A DNA stretch of 64,000 nt from the human T2T-CHM13v2.0 reference genome, Homo sapiens. Location: assembly GCF_009914755.1 (NCBI RefSeq), contig NC_060932.1. One strand, 5' to 3'. Shown piece by piece: positions 26,378 through 40,059 of the stretch; within the stretch, counting starts at the first letter, position 1, and every line of letters begins with the position of its first letter. The notes beneath the pieces are model-generated. The model did no database searches and was not told the DNA's origin. It saw only the letters and a program-made list of their open reading frames with translations. A program made the position numbers and the translations under genes.

Positions 26378-28269
26378 TAGTTAAATTATCCCTAGTATTA
26401 AGTTACACAGTATTTTGTGGGAAACCTTTAACAAACTATGCTTGTTTCTGCCAGTGATTAGTAAAAAAAATATTGTTGGCCCTGTTTTTCATCATTTGTG
26501 CACTTTAAAAAAATAGAAGCTTGAAAATGTGATTTCTGCTAGTTATATTTTCGATTAGAAAATTAACCATATGATCTTAGTGGCAATAAGAATATGACCG
26601 TGATAAAATTGCACAGTATATTTTAATCTTACTCTGTTCATATGTTTAGAAGACTAAACTTGAGACTAATTATATGATCAATGTCTCCTGTTTTATTATT
26701 TTACCTCAGAATATTAAAGTGATTACACAAATAATAAGTAATGATATTTTTCCCTTAAAATATAAAGGAATTTGCACAATTTTCTCACATTCTGCTAAAC
26801 AAGGAGATGAATGGTTAGAGGCTAAAATCTTTAAGTTCTCCAATGATGCATTAACTAAACCAAAGAGACAACTTTACTCATTTCAAAATGTTTTATTATA
26901 ACAGCAGTCTTCGAAGGCAAACACAAAAGATTCTACTATGCTTAGATTTTAAAACATAACCAATTTAATGCATCACTAATGATGTACAATAGATGTCTTC
27001 TGCAGTACCAATTCAAATAAGAGACTGATGTAATCTGCCAGATACTTCAAAGTAACTAATTTGGTAATAAGAAAATACTTCTTTTGTGCAAACTTTCCTA
27101 CTTAAAAAAAAACTGCAGAAACCCTCCCAGTTGAATATTTACTAAATAAAAGTACTGAACCCTCATTAAAATGTGATTTAATAAGAAAAAGAGAACCATG
27201 TACTTTAGGCCTTCAAAATTTATCTTGAGTAACATTAGGCTTTTAGATGGAAATACATCTCTATACAAAGAAAACAGATATTAATAGCAAATTATGATCT
27301 ATTTTAGAATTGTGTATTTATATTTGACATCTTAAAATTTTAAATATCTATTACATTTGTTGCTATTATGTTATACACCCTATATACACACACTCCAGAT
27401 GCCTTATCTATGAAAGTATATTAGTACATTTCACTTCTCTATAAATCTTCCCCAGTAAGTGTAAGTAAAACATTTCCCAGACTCTAAACCTCTAAAGGTA
27501 AAAGCTTAGGTCAGAGTTTCCTGAGCATATTCTACTATGATGTTAATATGTTTTCCTGGGGAAAGAATCTTAGATTTCTCTTTGCCTTTGTTCTCCCTTA
27601 CCCATCAGAGAATTCAAAATTTTGGCCTTAATGGGAAAAGAAAGTATAAAATTCAACAAGTATTTCCAAAAGCAAGTTCAATGCAATAATTATTCATTGG
27701 CCAAGATATTTGTCAATTGCTCTTTTGGCTCACAAATTCAACCAAAATATAAATGTAAATTAAGATGTTTTCAATTATCTATTGCTTCTTCTCCAGCAGC
27801 AGCTAATCCTGAGAAAGTACCTATTATTCCAGAGAGGAAAAAGGAAGCAGGAGTTTCCATTTCTGTTGGCCACTTGGGGGTAGGAGTGTGTGTGCAGAAC
27901 TAGGACACAGGAGATACTTCTTAGGGCTCCTTCTGCTGATATTCAAAAAACCCAGAATCCAAATTACCTAATTTGTGGAAAACATTTTCTTAAAATTGGA
28001 TTTTTTTTATGGCTAATAATTGGGCAGAATTAGCATCCATGAAGTTACAGTAGGATTTTCCTTTATTACATCATATTTTAGGATATATGTTCCCAATTAA
28101 ATAAAAAATTATTGATTTGAACCACTTATAATGTTACCAATAGAGCATTATTATGATACCTATTCTACAGAATTGCAGAAGCACCAGAAAAAAAAATTCC
28201 TCATAAGAATTTGCTAACTTCTTACTTCATATTAACTGTTGATACATGTCCTATACCAGTGCATTAGCC

Positions 28270-28835
28270 ATAATGCTTGCAAATTTTCTTGACTTCCCCT
28301 GACCCACTAGATAGCATTCAAATTCGTCATCCTAGTGTCCAAGATGCTTCACTCTCTGACCTGTACCTCACATTCTAACCCTTGTTCCCACTAATATCCA
28401 AAGATCAACCCTATACCTCAACCAAAAGGTCTGTCAAATAAATGACCTTGTGCCTCCCCACTCAGTGTCTGGGCCCATGCTAGCTCTAGCTAGTAAAAGG
28501 CCCGAATGCCTTTTACTAAATGCGTTTTTTCTCTATTGCCTAGAGGGAGCTCTGGTTCATCCTTCAAAGGTCACCTTCTGCATAAAATTCTCTTTGTGGA
28601 AATCACTCCTGCCCCATCTCTAAAATTCCTTAAGCATTTTGCTTATATATCTCATAGGCCAGTTATGTGTTGTTGTTGTTGTTGTTTACATTACAGATTT
28701 TCTTCTAATTATAATGATTAATTTTTAGGGACAGCATCCATTTTTTATACACATTTTAAAATCCACATGGGCACATATTGTCACACTGGCTTACATGAGG
28801 CAGATATTCAATAAAGGTTTATTGAATGATTAACT
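28270..28835. mobile_element. L2 fragment(s)
   Basis: catccttcaaaggtca...tcaataaaggtttattgaatga (L2 3' end). Confidence 0.55.
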
Positions 28836-29577
28836 TTTATGTTATCATAATTTTGTATTTGGATTTATTCTTATTTGAGCAATCATTGTAGAAACCAGTG
28901 GGAAAAACTGCTACTGCCTGCAATCTCCTTTCAAAAGCAAACAATAGAAATGATTAATCTCTTAAGTTACAAATTTGATTGGAAGTAAGAATAGAGATCA
29001 ACCTCATGCATAAAATGAGACAGCAGAAGCCCATAACAAGACTGATGTCAGGAGCTAAGCAAAAGGTCTGAATGACAGGTGCCCTCATAGCTGTGGAAAA
29101 GACACGCTGCATAGCACAGTGTACATGGGAGACACCATTTGGCATAAAACATAAATGAATACATAGTACATCGAAGTGCTTTATAATGAAGTTATGCTGA
29201 ATATATTTTTTTACTACCCTATTGAAGTGGTCAAATTTTAAAACCTCCAAATCAATGAGGCTTAAAGTAATAGCAGGGCTCATTTCCTTGGATGATACAT
29301 GATTCTCTGTTGGGAGTTCTATCATCTACATAAACTGAGAAGCCGGGAATGGAAGAATTAATAAAATAGGGTTTCTTTTCATGGAATTGACCTAAACAGT
29401 GAATTACTATTTGAAAATTACTCATCTAAAACAAGAACTAAACACTCAAATGCCTTGATTCTTGTTTAAAATCCAACAGCACTTTTTTTTTTTTTGGCAC
29501 ATAGGGATACTAAATGTTTGTTGATTTTGTTGAATGGATAAATGAATGACTAGCTGCTTTTTAAAATTAGAATATTA

Positions 29578-29610
29578 ATCACTTCTTGGCCTTTTGGCTA
29601 AGACCAAGTA
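29578..29610 (+). pseudogene. 3'-truncated U2 snRNA processed pseudogene (about nt 1-33)
   Basis: atcacttcttggccttttggctaagaccaagt vs U2 ATCGCTTCTCGGCCTTTTGGCTAAGATCAAGT; perfect 16-bp TSD taaaattagaatatta at 29562-29577 and 29611-29626. Confidence 0.95.
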
Positions 29611-30538
29611 TAAAATTAGAATATTAAATAATTAAACAAGTGATGCAACGTTAATATCTGAGCATGTACTTCAGGGGAAGAAAGTGAAAATTTGTCTCTT
29701 GGCTGAGATTGAGAAATGTTCCCCTAAATTTTATACTGTTTCTGGCTTTGTAGGACACCACCTCCAGGGAAACTCTATTTCTCTTTGACAGTCCCAGGGG
29801 CCTGACCAACCTTAGGGAGGGACTCAGTTTCTATTAGAATGAAAGCAATAGTCTGCTGCCCATCAAAGATATCTGGAGACAAAAGGACAAAGTAAAAGAC
29901 ATATAAAAAGAAAGAAGAGGGAAATTGCAACTGATGTCAATATTAAAATGAAAGTGGACCATTATTTGGTGACCTTAATAAAGAAAACCTTTGAATAGCA
30001 CACTTTGAAAATGCTATTTTGTCTCAGGTCATTTTTACGCATATCCCAAGACCCATATAGTCAGTAGGACCTCCAGAAACTTTTCACATTCATGAAAGCC
30101 CAGAGGGGGAAGCAACCTACAGCGATATTAGCTTAAAAATGACTTCTAATAGCTTCCTACCAGCTACTATCAGATACAATAGCTTACTTAAAATGGAACT
30201 GATAATTTGGCACCAGGTTCTTCAATACTTGGCATTTCCCAAGGACTCCTGAGACAAAATTATCAATGACCACAGTCATTTTTTCTTTAGTGTTTCATGT
30301 GAAAGAAATACTAAGTTGTCACAAAATATTCATATTGCTATCAAAAATCAACACAAGTTGTAGATTCATTTTTCCTTCCTTTATTTTACAGACTTTAGGG
30401 ATTACATAGACTATACATTTCAAATGTATAGAGTGTTTGAATTTTTCAAAATGACAGTTTTGGGGACGCACCGCTTAGGAAGCAGAGACAACACAGGGTG
30501 TGGGAGCCTAGCTGTTAGGTCTCTCTCTGGCAGCTTAC

Positions 30539-30557
30539 TTTTGCCACCTAGTGGGGG
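30539..30557 (-). promoter_or_regulatory. CTCF core motif
   Basis: Reverse complement reads CCCCCACTAGGTGGCAAAA, matching the CCASYAGRKGGCR core; sits in a locally GC-richer non-repeat patch. Confidence 0.6.
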
Positions 30558-31665
30558 AGGCAGTTTCAGAGTCAGGTTTTATGTTTTGTATAAATAAGGT
30601 TGTCTCCTTTAAGACCTAATGATCAGCTGATTTGAAAAAAAAAACAAAACTTGTTTTTCCTAGTGAGGATTTTATATAGATTTTTAAAATAACCTTAAAT
30701 AATTTCTCCAAATTGGTTTATTCTATGGCTATTGGTTTTCTTTCAAGCAGTTAGTATTCACTACAATGATTAACTTAGAGAATTCAAGGTAAAAATAAAA
30801 CTTTTTTGTATACATCTATAATTTGTAACTATTCAGAAGAAAAAAGGCCTTTTCCTGGTTTCCAGTTATTTTCTATCCCTTGACTTTGTAGTATCTCACA
30901 AGATCTATCTTTTGGCTCATTGTTGTTCTTTCTACTTAGGTGGGGACCAAATCTATATCTTTATCCCTAATTTCTCACTGTGGCTACAATCTTCAATCTT
31001 CAGTTATCCACCAAATCATCTCTGGAAGACATTTAATATGGCAAAAACCTAAGTCATCGTTCTCCAAAAGGATCAAAGAATGGGCTCTCCTTTTGAGCCA
31101 GTGTGGCAGGCTTAATCAGAGCTAGAGTGCAGCCCAGGGCTAAAAATGGCAGAAGAGATTTTTTTAAGCAAGTAAAAATTAATAAAACAGTTAAGCAAAA
31201 GGAACAATCAGAAGTCAGGATCAGTTTACTGGGCTGGGCAGGAGGAAACACAATGATCAAGAGAGGGTGGAGCAATAATAGTGAACAGGAATTGAGGTCA
31301 GGAACATGGGAAATTTGAGGCAGGTCACAAAGTTAAAGCTAAAAAAATTGGAAATAAGAAGTAAAAGAGGTTGGACGGAGTACCACAGCTCAAGTCCTGA
31401 GGCTTGAGTCCAAGAGGACCCCCTGAGACATGGAAGGTTTGGACCTAAAAATGCATGGTGACATGTTTTTCCACTCTTTCTTCAAATTATAAAAGCCCCT
31501 AGTTCCCATGGAGAGTCAGTCTGCTGAATTTCTTGAAGTTTCTGACCTAAATAAATTATTGCTTATGAAAATTTCCATGATCATGAATGACCTTATAATA
31601 GAAGCTTAGAAAACTACTTCTTAACTGCTTTATTAAGGTGTAACTGACATACCATAAAGTTCTTC

Positions 31666-32084
31666 TGATACGGTGTGGATGTCTGTCCCCTCCAAATCTC
31701 ATGTTGAAATGTACTCCCCAGCGCTGGAAGTGAGGCCTGGCAGGAGGTAACTAGATCGTGGGAGCAGATACCTCATGAACGGTGTAGCATCATCCCCTTG
31801 GTGATAAGTGAGTTCTCACTCATCACATGAGATCTGGTTGTTTAAAAGTATCTGGCACCTCCTCCCTCTCTCTCTTGTTCCCATGCCCGCCATGTGACAC
31901 GCCTGCTCCCACTTAGCCTTCTACCAGAATTGTAACCTTTCTAAGGCCTCATCAGAAGCCAAGCAGATGTTGGTGCCACCCTTGCTGTATAGCCTGCAGA
32001 ACTATGAGCTAATGAACCCTATTTTCTTTATAAATTACTCAGCCTCAGGTATTTCTTTATAGCAATACACGAATGGGCTAACAC
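31666..32084 (+). mobile_element. MST (MaLR, MSTB-like) solo LTR
   Basis: tgatacggtgtggatgtctgtcccctccaaatctcatgttgaaatgta...cagcctcaggtatttctttatagcaa...gggctaacac. Confidence 0.92.
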
Positions 32085-32259
32085 GTGTTCCATTGTGAGT
32101 AGTTTTAGTAAATTTAGAAACTTGTGCAAATGTCACCATAATCTAGTCTGAGAACATTTTCATCACCACAAAAGTTCCCCTGTGCACGTATGCAGTGAGC
32201 CGTTGCTCCTAATTCCTAGTCCAAGGCAGCCACTGATCTGCTTTCTGTTTCTGAAGATA

Positions 32260-34624
32260 CAGACTTGCCTCAGAGACATTACAGGTGAGGTTCCAGACCA
32301 CTGCAATAGAGTGAATATTGCAAAAAGCAAATCACACAACTTTTTTTGTTTCCCAGTCCATATTAAAGTTATGTTTACCTACACTCCAGTCTATTAAGTG
32401 TGCAATAGCATTATGTCTAAAAAAAGAACATACTTTAATTTTAAAAACAGTTTATTAGAAAAAAATGCTAACAATCATCTGAGTCTTCAGAGTTGTAATT
32501 GCTGGTGGAGGGTCTTGCATCAGTGTGGATGGCTGCTGACTGATCAGGGTGGTGGTTGCTGAAGACTGGGGTGGCTATGGTTAAGTTCTTAAAATAAGAC
32601 AACCATAAAATTTGCTGCACGGACTAACTCTTCCTTTCACAAAAAATTTCTCTGTAGTATGCAATGCTGTTTGATAATATTTTACCCACAGTAGAAATGT
32701 CTTTAAAAATCGGAGTCTATCCTCTCAAACCCTGCTGCTGTTTTATAAACAAAGTTTGTGTACCATTCTAAATCCTTTTTGTCATTTCAACACACTCACA
32801 GTATCTTCACCAGGAGTAGATTCCGTATGAAGAAACTAGTTGTTTTGCTTATCCATAAGAAGTTCAAGTTTCATGAGATTGCAGTAATTCAGCGCTATCT
32901 TCAGGTTCCATTTTTAATTCTATTTCTCTTACTATTTCTACCACACCAGTAGTTACTTCCCTCATTGAAGCCTTAAACCCCCTCCAAGTCACCCATGAGG
33001 GTTGGAATCAACTTCTTCCAAATCCCTGCTAATGTTGATAATGTTGACCTCCTCCCATGAATCACAAATGTATCTTAATGGCATACAGAATGGTGCATCC
33101 TTTCCAGAAGGCTTCCAATTTACTTTGTGTAGATCCATCAGAGGAATAACTATCTATGGAAGCCATAGTGTTAAAAAATGCATTTCATAAATAATAAGAC
33201 TTGAAAGTCAAAATTACTCCTTTACCCATGGGCTGCAGAATGAATGCTGTATTAGCAGGCATGAAAACAACATTCATCTCCTTGTACATCTCCATCATGG
33301 CTCTTGCATGACCAGGTACACTGTCAATGAGCAGACATCTTTTGAAAGAAGCCCTTTTTTCTGGGCATATGGTCTCAACAGTGGGCTTAAAATACCCAGC
33401 AAACCATGCTGTAAACAGATGAGCTGTCATTCAGGCTTTGCTCTTCCATTTCTAGAGCACAGGCAGAGCAGATTTAGCCTAATTCTTAAAGGCCCTAGGA
33501 TTTTCAGGATGGGAAATGAGCAGTGGTTTCAACTTGAAGTCATCAGGTGCCTTCACCGCTAATGAGAAAGTCAGCCTGTCCTTTGAAGCTTTGAATTCAA
33601 GCATTGACTTCTCCTTTCTAGCTATGAAAATCCCAGATGGTATCTTCTTCCAATAGAAGGCTGTTTTGCCTCCACTGAAAACCTGTTTAGTGTAACTACA
33701 GTCTTCAATGATCTTAGCCAGATCTTCTGGATAACTTGCTGCAGCTTCTACATCAGCATTTGCTGCTTCCCCTTACACTTTTATGTTATGGAGATGGTTT
33801 CTTTTCTTAAACCTTATGAACCAACTGCTGCTAGCTTCTTTCTTCTCTTCTGCAGCTTTCTCACCTCCCTCAGTCTTCATGGAATTGAAGAGAGTTAGGG
33901 CCTTGCTCTGGATTAGGCTTTGGCTTAAGAGAATGCTGTGGCTGGTTTGATCTTCTGTCCAGACCACCTGAACTTTCTCCATATCAGCCATAAGGCTGTT
34001 TTGCTTTCTTATCATTTGTGTATTCACTGGAGTAACACTTCTAATTTCTTTCAAGAGCTTTTCTTCTGTACCCACAACTTGGCTAACTATTTGGTACAAG
34101 AGGCCTAGCTTTTGGCCCCTCTCAGCTTATGACATGCCTTCCTCACTAAGCTTAATCATTTCTAGCTTTTGATTTAAAGCAAGCAATATGAAACTCTTTC
34201 AGTTGAACACTTATAGGCTGTTGTAGGGTTATTAATTGGCCTCATTTCAATATTGTTGTGTCTCAGGGAATAGGGAGGCCTGAGGAGATGGAGAGAGATG
34301 GGGGAATGGGTGGTCAGTGGAGCAGTGAGAACACACAGAACATTTATAAAGTTCACCATCTTATATGGGCATGATTTGTGGCACCCTAAAACAATTACAA
34401 TAGTAACATCAAAGATCACTGATCACAGATTACCATAACACATACAATAATCATAAAAAAGTTGGAAATATTTCAAGAATTACCAAAATGTGACACAGAG
34501 ACATGAAGTGGGCACATGTTGTTGGAAAAATGGTGCTGATAGACGCTCGACATAGGGTTGTCACAAACCTTCAACTGGTAAACAATGCACTTTCTGCAAA
34601 GCACAATAAAATGAGCTATGCCTG
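32260..34624 (-). mobile_element. Near full-length Tigger1 DNA transposon with a degenerate transposase
   Basis: Both terminal inverted repeats (cagacttgcctc... and ...gagctatgcctg) flanked by TA; 2365 bp; ORFs 33185-33430 (DDE region, LLIDSVPGH...LQPMGKGVI) and 33773-34099 (CENP-B-type HTH). Confidence 0.95.
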
Positions 34625-35987
34625 TAATTTACCTTTTCTGGAAATTTCATATATATGTAATCATACAATATGTGGTCTCATGTCTATTTTTCATATAGCA
34701 TGTTTTTGAAGTTCATCCATGTTGTAATATAGATGTAGTTCAAAATAGTGCAGTAGTTCCTTTTCATTGCTGAATAATATTCCATTATATGGATAAATGA
34801 CATTTTGGTTACCCATTAACCAGTTGATGGACATTTGAATTGTTTCCAGTTTTTGACTACTATGAATAATGCTGCTACTATTATTTATATACAAGTCTTC
34901 CTGTAAACATATGTTTATTTTTCTTAGGTAGATACTTCGAGTGAAATTGCTGGATCATGTGGTAAATTTACATTTAACTTTTTAAAGAAACTGCCAAACT
35001 ATTTTCCAAAATGCTGTACATTCCTACCAGCAATCTACAAGCTTCCTATATAAAGTTTCTCCATATCGTCACCAACATTTATTATGGTCTTTTTGAGTAC
35101 AGTCATCTTAGTGGGGTGTGAAATGGTATGTTATCGTGATTTTACTTTGCATTTCCCTGATGGCTAATGACATTCAGCATCTTCTCAGGTGCTTATTAGC
35201 CAACTGTATATTTTCTTTGGGTGAACTGTCTGTTCATATCATTTATTCATTTTAATTGGGTTGTCTTCTAATTATTGAGATATAGGAGCTCTTTATATAA
35301 ACTACATACAATTCATTAATCAAATATATAATTTGTAAATATTTTCCTCTAATCTGTGGCTTTTTAAAAAACATTTTATTTTAAAATAAATTTTTAAAAG
35401 CAGAGGGTCAGAAAACATCAGTGGCTGCCAGGGGTGGGGAAGAGAATAACTGCGAGGGGGTAGAGGGAAATATTTTGGGTTATGCAACTGTTTAATGTAT
35501 TGATTAGTTATATAACTATGCATTTGCCAAAATTCACAGATTGGATATGAAAAAGGGTGATTACTGGGTGTAAATCGTAACTTTCTTTTTTTAAGAGAAA
35601 GATACTGAAAAGAAAGGAGCCACATATTTTCCTTATGTGAAAAAAAATAGGGTTTATGGTTTTCTCTGGTAGATAGTAAAAACAATTACTGGGGAATTAT
35701 AGTAAAGAACAGTAAGATGAGAGATTTCTTCAATATACAACTGGTAAAAAAAAATTAAGAATAATATGCTTATGCAGAGGAAATTTCTTTTTTGTATTTG
35801 AGTTGATAATTTGACCTGGAATTTTTCTGTTGGCATAAAACTGTTAGAAATGCTTATTTTTTAAATTTCACAAAATTCTCAGGTAGTAAGCAAAGCATTA
35901 GAACAATAAAGGCCTCTACAACTAGTTCCATACAGCATTTTGATGTAAAAATATGCATAAATCTTTAATTGGAAAGTATATTTCTTT

Positions 35988-36290
<303 letters not shown>

Positions 36291-36434
36291 AGAAAGTATA
36301 TTTCTTTACAGTAAAAAATTAATAATATTTGGACAAATAGTCAAATTTGTACAAATAGTACAATTCAGATGTAACACACTAACTATAAACTATGTATTTT
36401 TACAAGAACTAATTTCAAAATATACATATATGGA

Positions 36435-36801
36435 TGTATTAGTCCATTCTCACACTGCTAATAAAGACACACTCAAGACTGGGTAATTTATAAAGGAAAC
36501 AGGTTTAACTGGCTCACAGTTCAGCATGACTGGGGAGGCCTCAGGAAACTTCAATCACGGCGGAAGGGGAAGCAAACACATCCTTCTTCACATAGCAGCA
36601 GCAAGGAGAAGAATGAGTGCCCAGTGAAGGGGGAAGCCCCTAATAAATCCATTAGATCTCCTGAGAACTCACTCACATCATGAGAACAGGATGGGGGAAA
36701 CTGCCCCCAGGATTCAGTTATTTCCACCTGGTCCCTCCCACGACATGTGGGGATTATAGAAACTACAATTAAAGATGAGATTTTGGTGCCAAGCCTTATC
36801 A
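36435..36801 (-). mobile_element. THE1 (THE1C/D-like) solo LTR
   Basis: tgtattagtccattctcacactgctaataaagac...ccaagccttatca; 5-bp TSD atgga at 36430-36434 and 36802-36806. Confidence 0.95.
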
Positions 36802-38699
36802 ATGGATTTACACAATTGATATTTAGAAGCTCTTCAAATCTATTTGTAAATTTAAAAGTTAAGTAGAATCATCTCTGCCTTGCAATTGGGAGCTGCAGAA
36901 GGTCAACTGGCAGCGCCTGCCTGCGTGGGCAACGTTCTTGGTGACCACCGAAGGCAGTGTGGGCTCACCAAAGCGAGGCTGCTCTCTGGGTTCCTTCCTC
37001 TTTGGCTACTTATGGTGTCGGTGCATGAGATGCTCTATCTTATCCACGAAGGGAAACAACCTACTGGACATCTGAAAAAGTGAGGAAACTAAACATGCAG
37101 TGTTGTGCTTACTTCTAAGCAATGGAGCTAATCCAGAAGGGTCCATACCAGGCTGATTAAAGCACTTCTCTTGGTTTAGTATTCACCTTCATCAACATCA
37201 CTTTCACCATCATAGTCATTCTACCCCTCCTCCTCATCTTCTTCTTCCCTCCTTTCCTCTTTAAGAACTTTCAGGTATTTACTAGTGGAAACCTTCTTTG
37301 GCAATAATACACCTTCAAGAAACTGAAAAATTTCTGATTCCTCTGCTGTATTTGCTAAATTACTGTTAGTGCTTTCTTCTTTCTACTGCCATGACCGTAG
37401 GAATAGATGGTTAGAGACTTAACAAAGAGTTGTGTGGCCTTGGCCAGGAGCACCTCGAGGTTGATGCACAACACCATGGGAGAACTCTTCATGATGACCA
37501 GATGTGGGACAGGGACAGCAAGAGAAGCCGCTGCTCCCTGCACTTGTCTTTGCCCACAACCACGTCCCCCACTTTTCCGCCCCTCCCATGTGGGTGGCAG
37601 CTGGTGCCCCACCATGAGGTGGCTCTCAATTTTCATTTTCTTAATAATGTTGTTAATGCACAAAAGTTTTAAGTTTTGGTAAAGTCCAATTTACCAATTT
37701 CTTCTTGTATGGATCATGATTTTGGTGTCATATCTAAGAACTCTTTGCCTAACCCAAGATCATGAACATTTCTCCTATGGTTCTTTGAGAAGTTTTAAAG
37801 TTTTGGGTTTTACATTTAAGTCTATTATCTATTTTGAGTGAATTTTTGCATATGGTATGAGGTAAGGCTCCAAATTCATCTTTTTCATATGAATGTTTTA
37901 TTTTCCCAGTACCCTCTGTTGAAAATGTTATTCTTTCCTGATTAAATTTCCTTGGCATTTTTATTGAAAATTGATCAAAAATAAATATAAAAGTTCATTT
38001 CTGGACTCTCAATTCTGTTCCACTGATCTACATGTCTATCCTTAATGCCACTAAGTAGAGTACTGTAGTTTTACAGTAAAACTTAAAATTCAGTAGTGTA
38101 AATGTTTCAATTTTGTTCTTCCTTTTCAAAACTGTTTTAGCGATTCTGGTCTCTTTGCATTTCCATACACATTTTAAGATCAGCTTGTCAACTGCTATCC
38201 CCAAAAGCCTGCTGGGATTTTGACAGGGATTGTATTAAATCTATAGGTCAATTTAAGAGAAAGTGCGAACCTAACACTAAAGGTTCATCTAATCCATGAA
38301 CATTGAATACCTCTCATTTGTTTTAGATCTTTAATTTCTTTTAGCAATATTTTATAGTTTTCCATGTGCAAATCTTGCATCTCTGTGTTTAAACTGATTC
38401 CTAAGTATTTTATTCTTTTTGATGCTACTGTGAATGAAATGGTCTTAATTTCATTTTTGGGTTTTTTTTACCAGTATATAGAAATACAACAAATTTTTGT
38501 ATATTCATCTATAAATTATATCCTGTCTGTAACTGAACTTGTTTATCAGTTCTAATAGGGTGTGTGTGTGTATGTGTGTGGGGGGTGGGTATTTCTCAGG
38601 ATTTTCTACATACAGGATCACATCTTCTGGAAATAAAGAACATTTTGCTTCTTCCTTTCAAAGCTACATGCTGATCTATCTTGAAGTTTATGGGTGTGG

Positions 38700-40030
38700 G
38701 TTCTTCTGCCATCTCAAATCTGTTATTGAGTTACTCAAGTGAATTTTTCATTTCGGTTATTGTACTTTTCAACTCCAGAATTTCCATTTGACTTTTTAAA
38801 TAATTTATCTTGAGATTCTTTATTTGTTGAACCATTGTTGTTATACTTTCGTTTAATCCTGGTTTTCTTTAATTCCTTGAACATATTTTAGCTGCTTTGA
38901 AGTATCTGTCTGCATAGTACATCTGAGCCCACTCAGAAACACTCAGCTTCTGCTTCCATTCACTGCTTTTTCCCCCTAAGTATTAATCACCCTTTTCTTT
39001 CTTTAAATATCTTGTAATTTTTTAAGCCTGAATTTTAGGTACAATATTGTACTAACTCTGGATTTTTATGTTCTTCCCTCGGGATTGTTGTTCTTGCTGT
39101 GGTTTTCTTTTTTTGTTTATTAAGTTGCCTAAACTAAATCTGTGGAATCCATCTCCTTCATGGTGCATCGCTGCTTATCTCTCTACTTAATTTTTTAAAA
39201 CTTATTTTTGTTTTTATTTTTAAGCCTGATTCTTAGGGGTCACTCCCATGTCTGCATAGCTTAGTGGTCAGCCAGTAATTAGTCGGTGGTTATGCTCAAA
39301 TACCCTAAGCTAGTAAAGCTTTTACCCTCTGCCCATGGGTCTGTGGTTGGGTTGGGGGAGCCCATTAAAAACTCAGGCAGTTTTCAAGTCTGCCCTGGCA
39401 TTTACTTTCTGCCAGGCCTTTTTGCATCTTCTCTGCATATGTGCAGATTTCACAGTCATCCAGGGTGTATAGGTAGCTTGAGCCCTCTTTGATATCTCCT
39501 GCTTGTGTTTGAAGTGTTTTGGTGAGTTTATCAAGGCTCCCTATCACTGTGCCATTTTCCCAAATCTCCCTGATAGATTTCTGGCTAGTCTGCTGATACA
39601 CTGTTGGCCCCAACTAGGAATGTAACCTCAGGTTCACTGAGTTGCTAGCTAGCCTTTCTTGTCTCTTACCGAGATGTCTACTGTTACTCATAATGTTGGT
39701 GGGCATGGGGCTTTCACATTCCATTTCATATCAAGGAAGGCCACTCCATCAGTGAAACTGATGGTTTTCATGGCCTTCTTTACCCTTGTAGAACTATTGT
39801 GCTGAGTCTGCAGGTGGGGGATGGGAGCACCCGCAGGCAGAAACACCACAAAATCCTAATTAGCTTACTTGGAGCACTATAGTTTGTCTATGAATAAATG
39901 CTTCTCAATTTGTTGAGTGTCTTTTATCAATTTTCAGAGTCCTAAAGTTGCTGTTTTTGACAATTTTGTCTAGTTCTGTTGTTTTTTGGAAAGGGAATTT
40001 GTTCAGCTCTCACTCTGTTCTTTTGGTAGT
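38700..40030 (-). mobile_element. Old L1M 5'/ORF1-side remnant
   Basis: ttcatttcggttattgtacttttcaactccagaatttccatttg is reverse L1 ORF1; ends with ttgtctatgaataaatgcttctcaatttg. Confidence 0.7.
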
Positions 40031-40059
40031 CTACCTTTAGAACTATTGTTAAGAGCTTT

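Noticed and set aside
30940-31180. Possible plus-strand exon after ttctttctacttag
   Set aside because: The acceptor is plausible but there is no convincing donor or coding signal
33185-34099. Possible domesticated TIGD gene
   Set aside because: The ORF is fragmented inside an ordinary TIR-bounded Tigger1
37355-37663. 102-aa ORF as an intact CHRAC1-like gene
   Set aside because: Only part is in the CHRAC1 frame; the start is lost, there are frameshifts, and the N-terminus comes from L1
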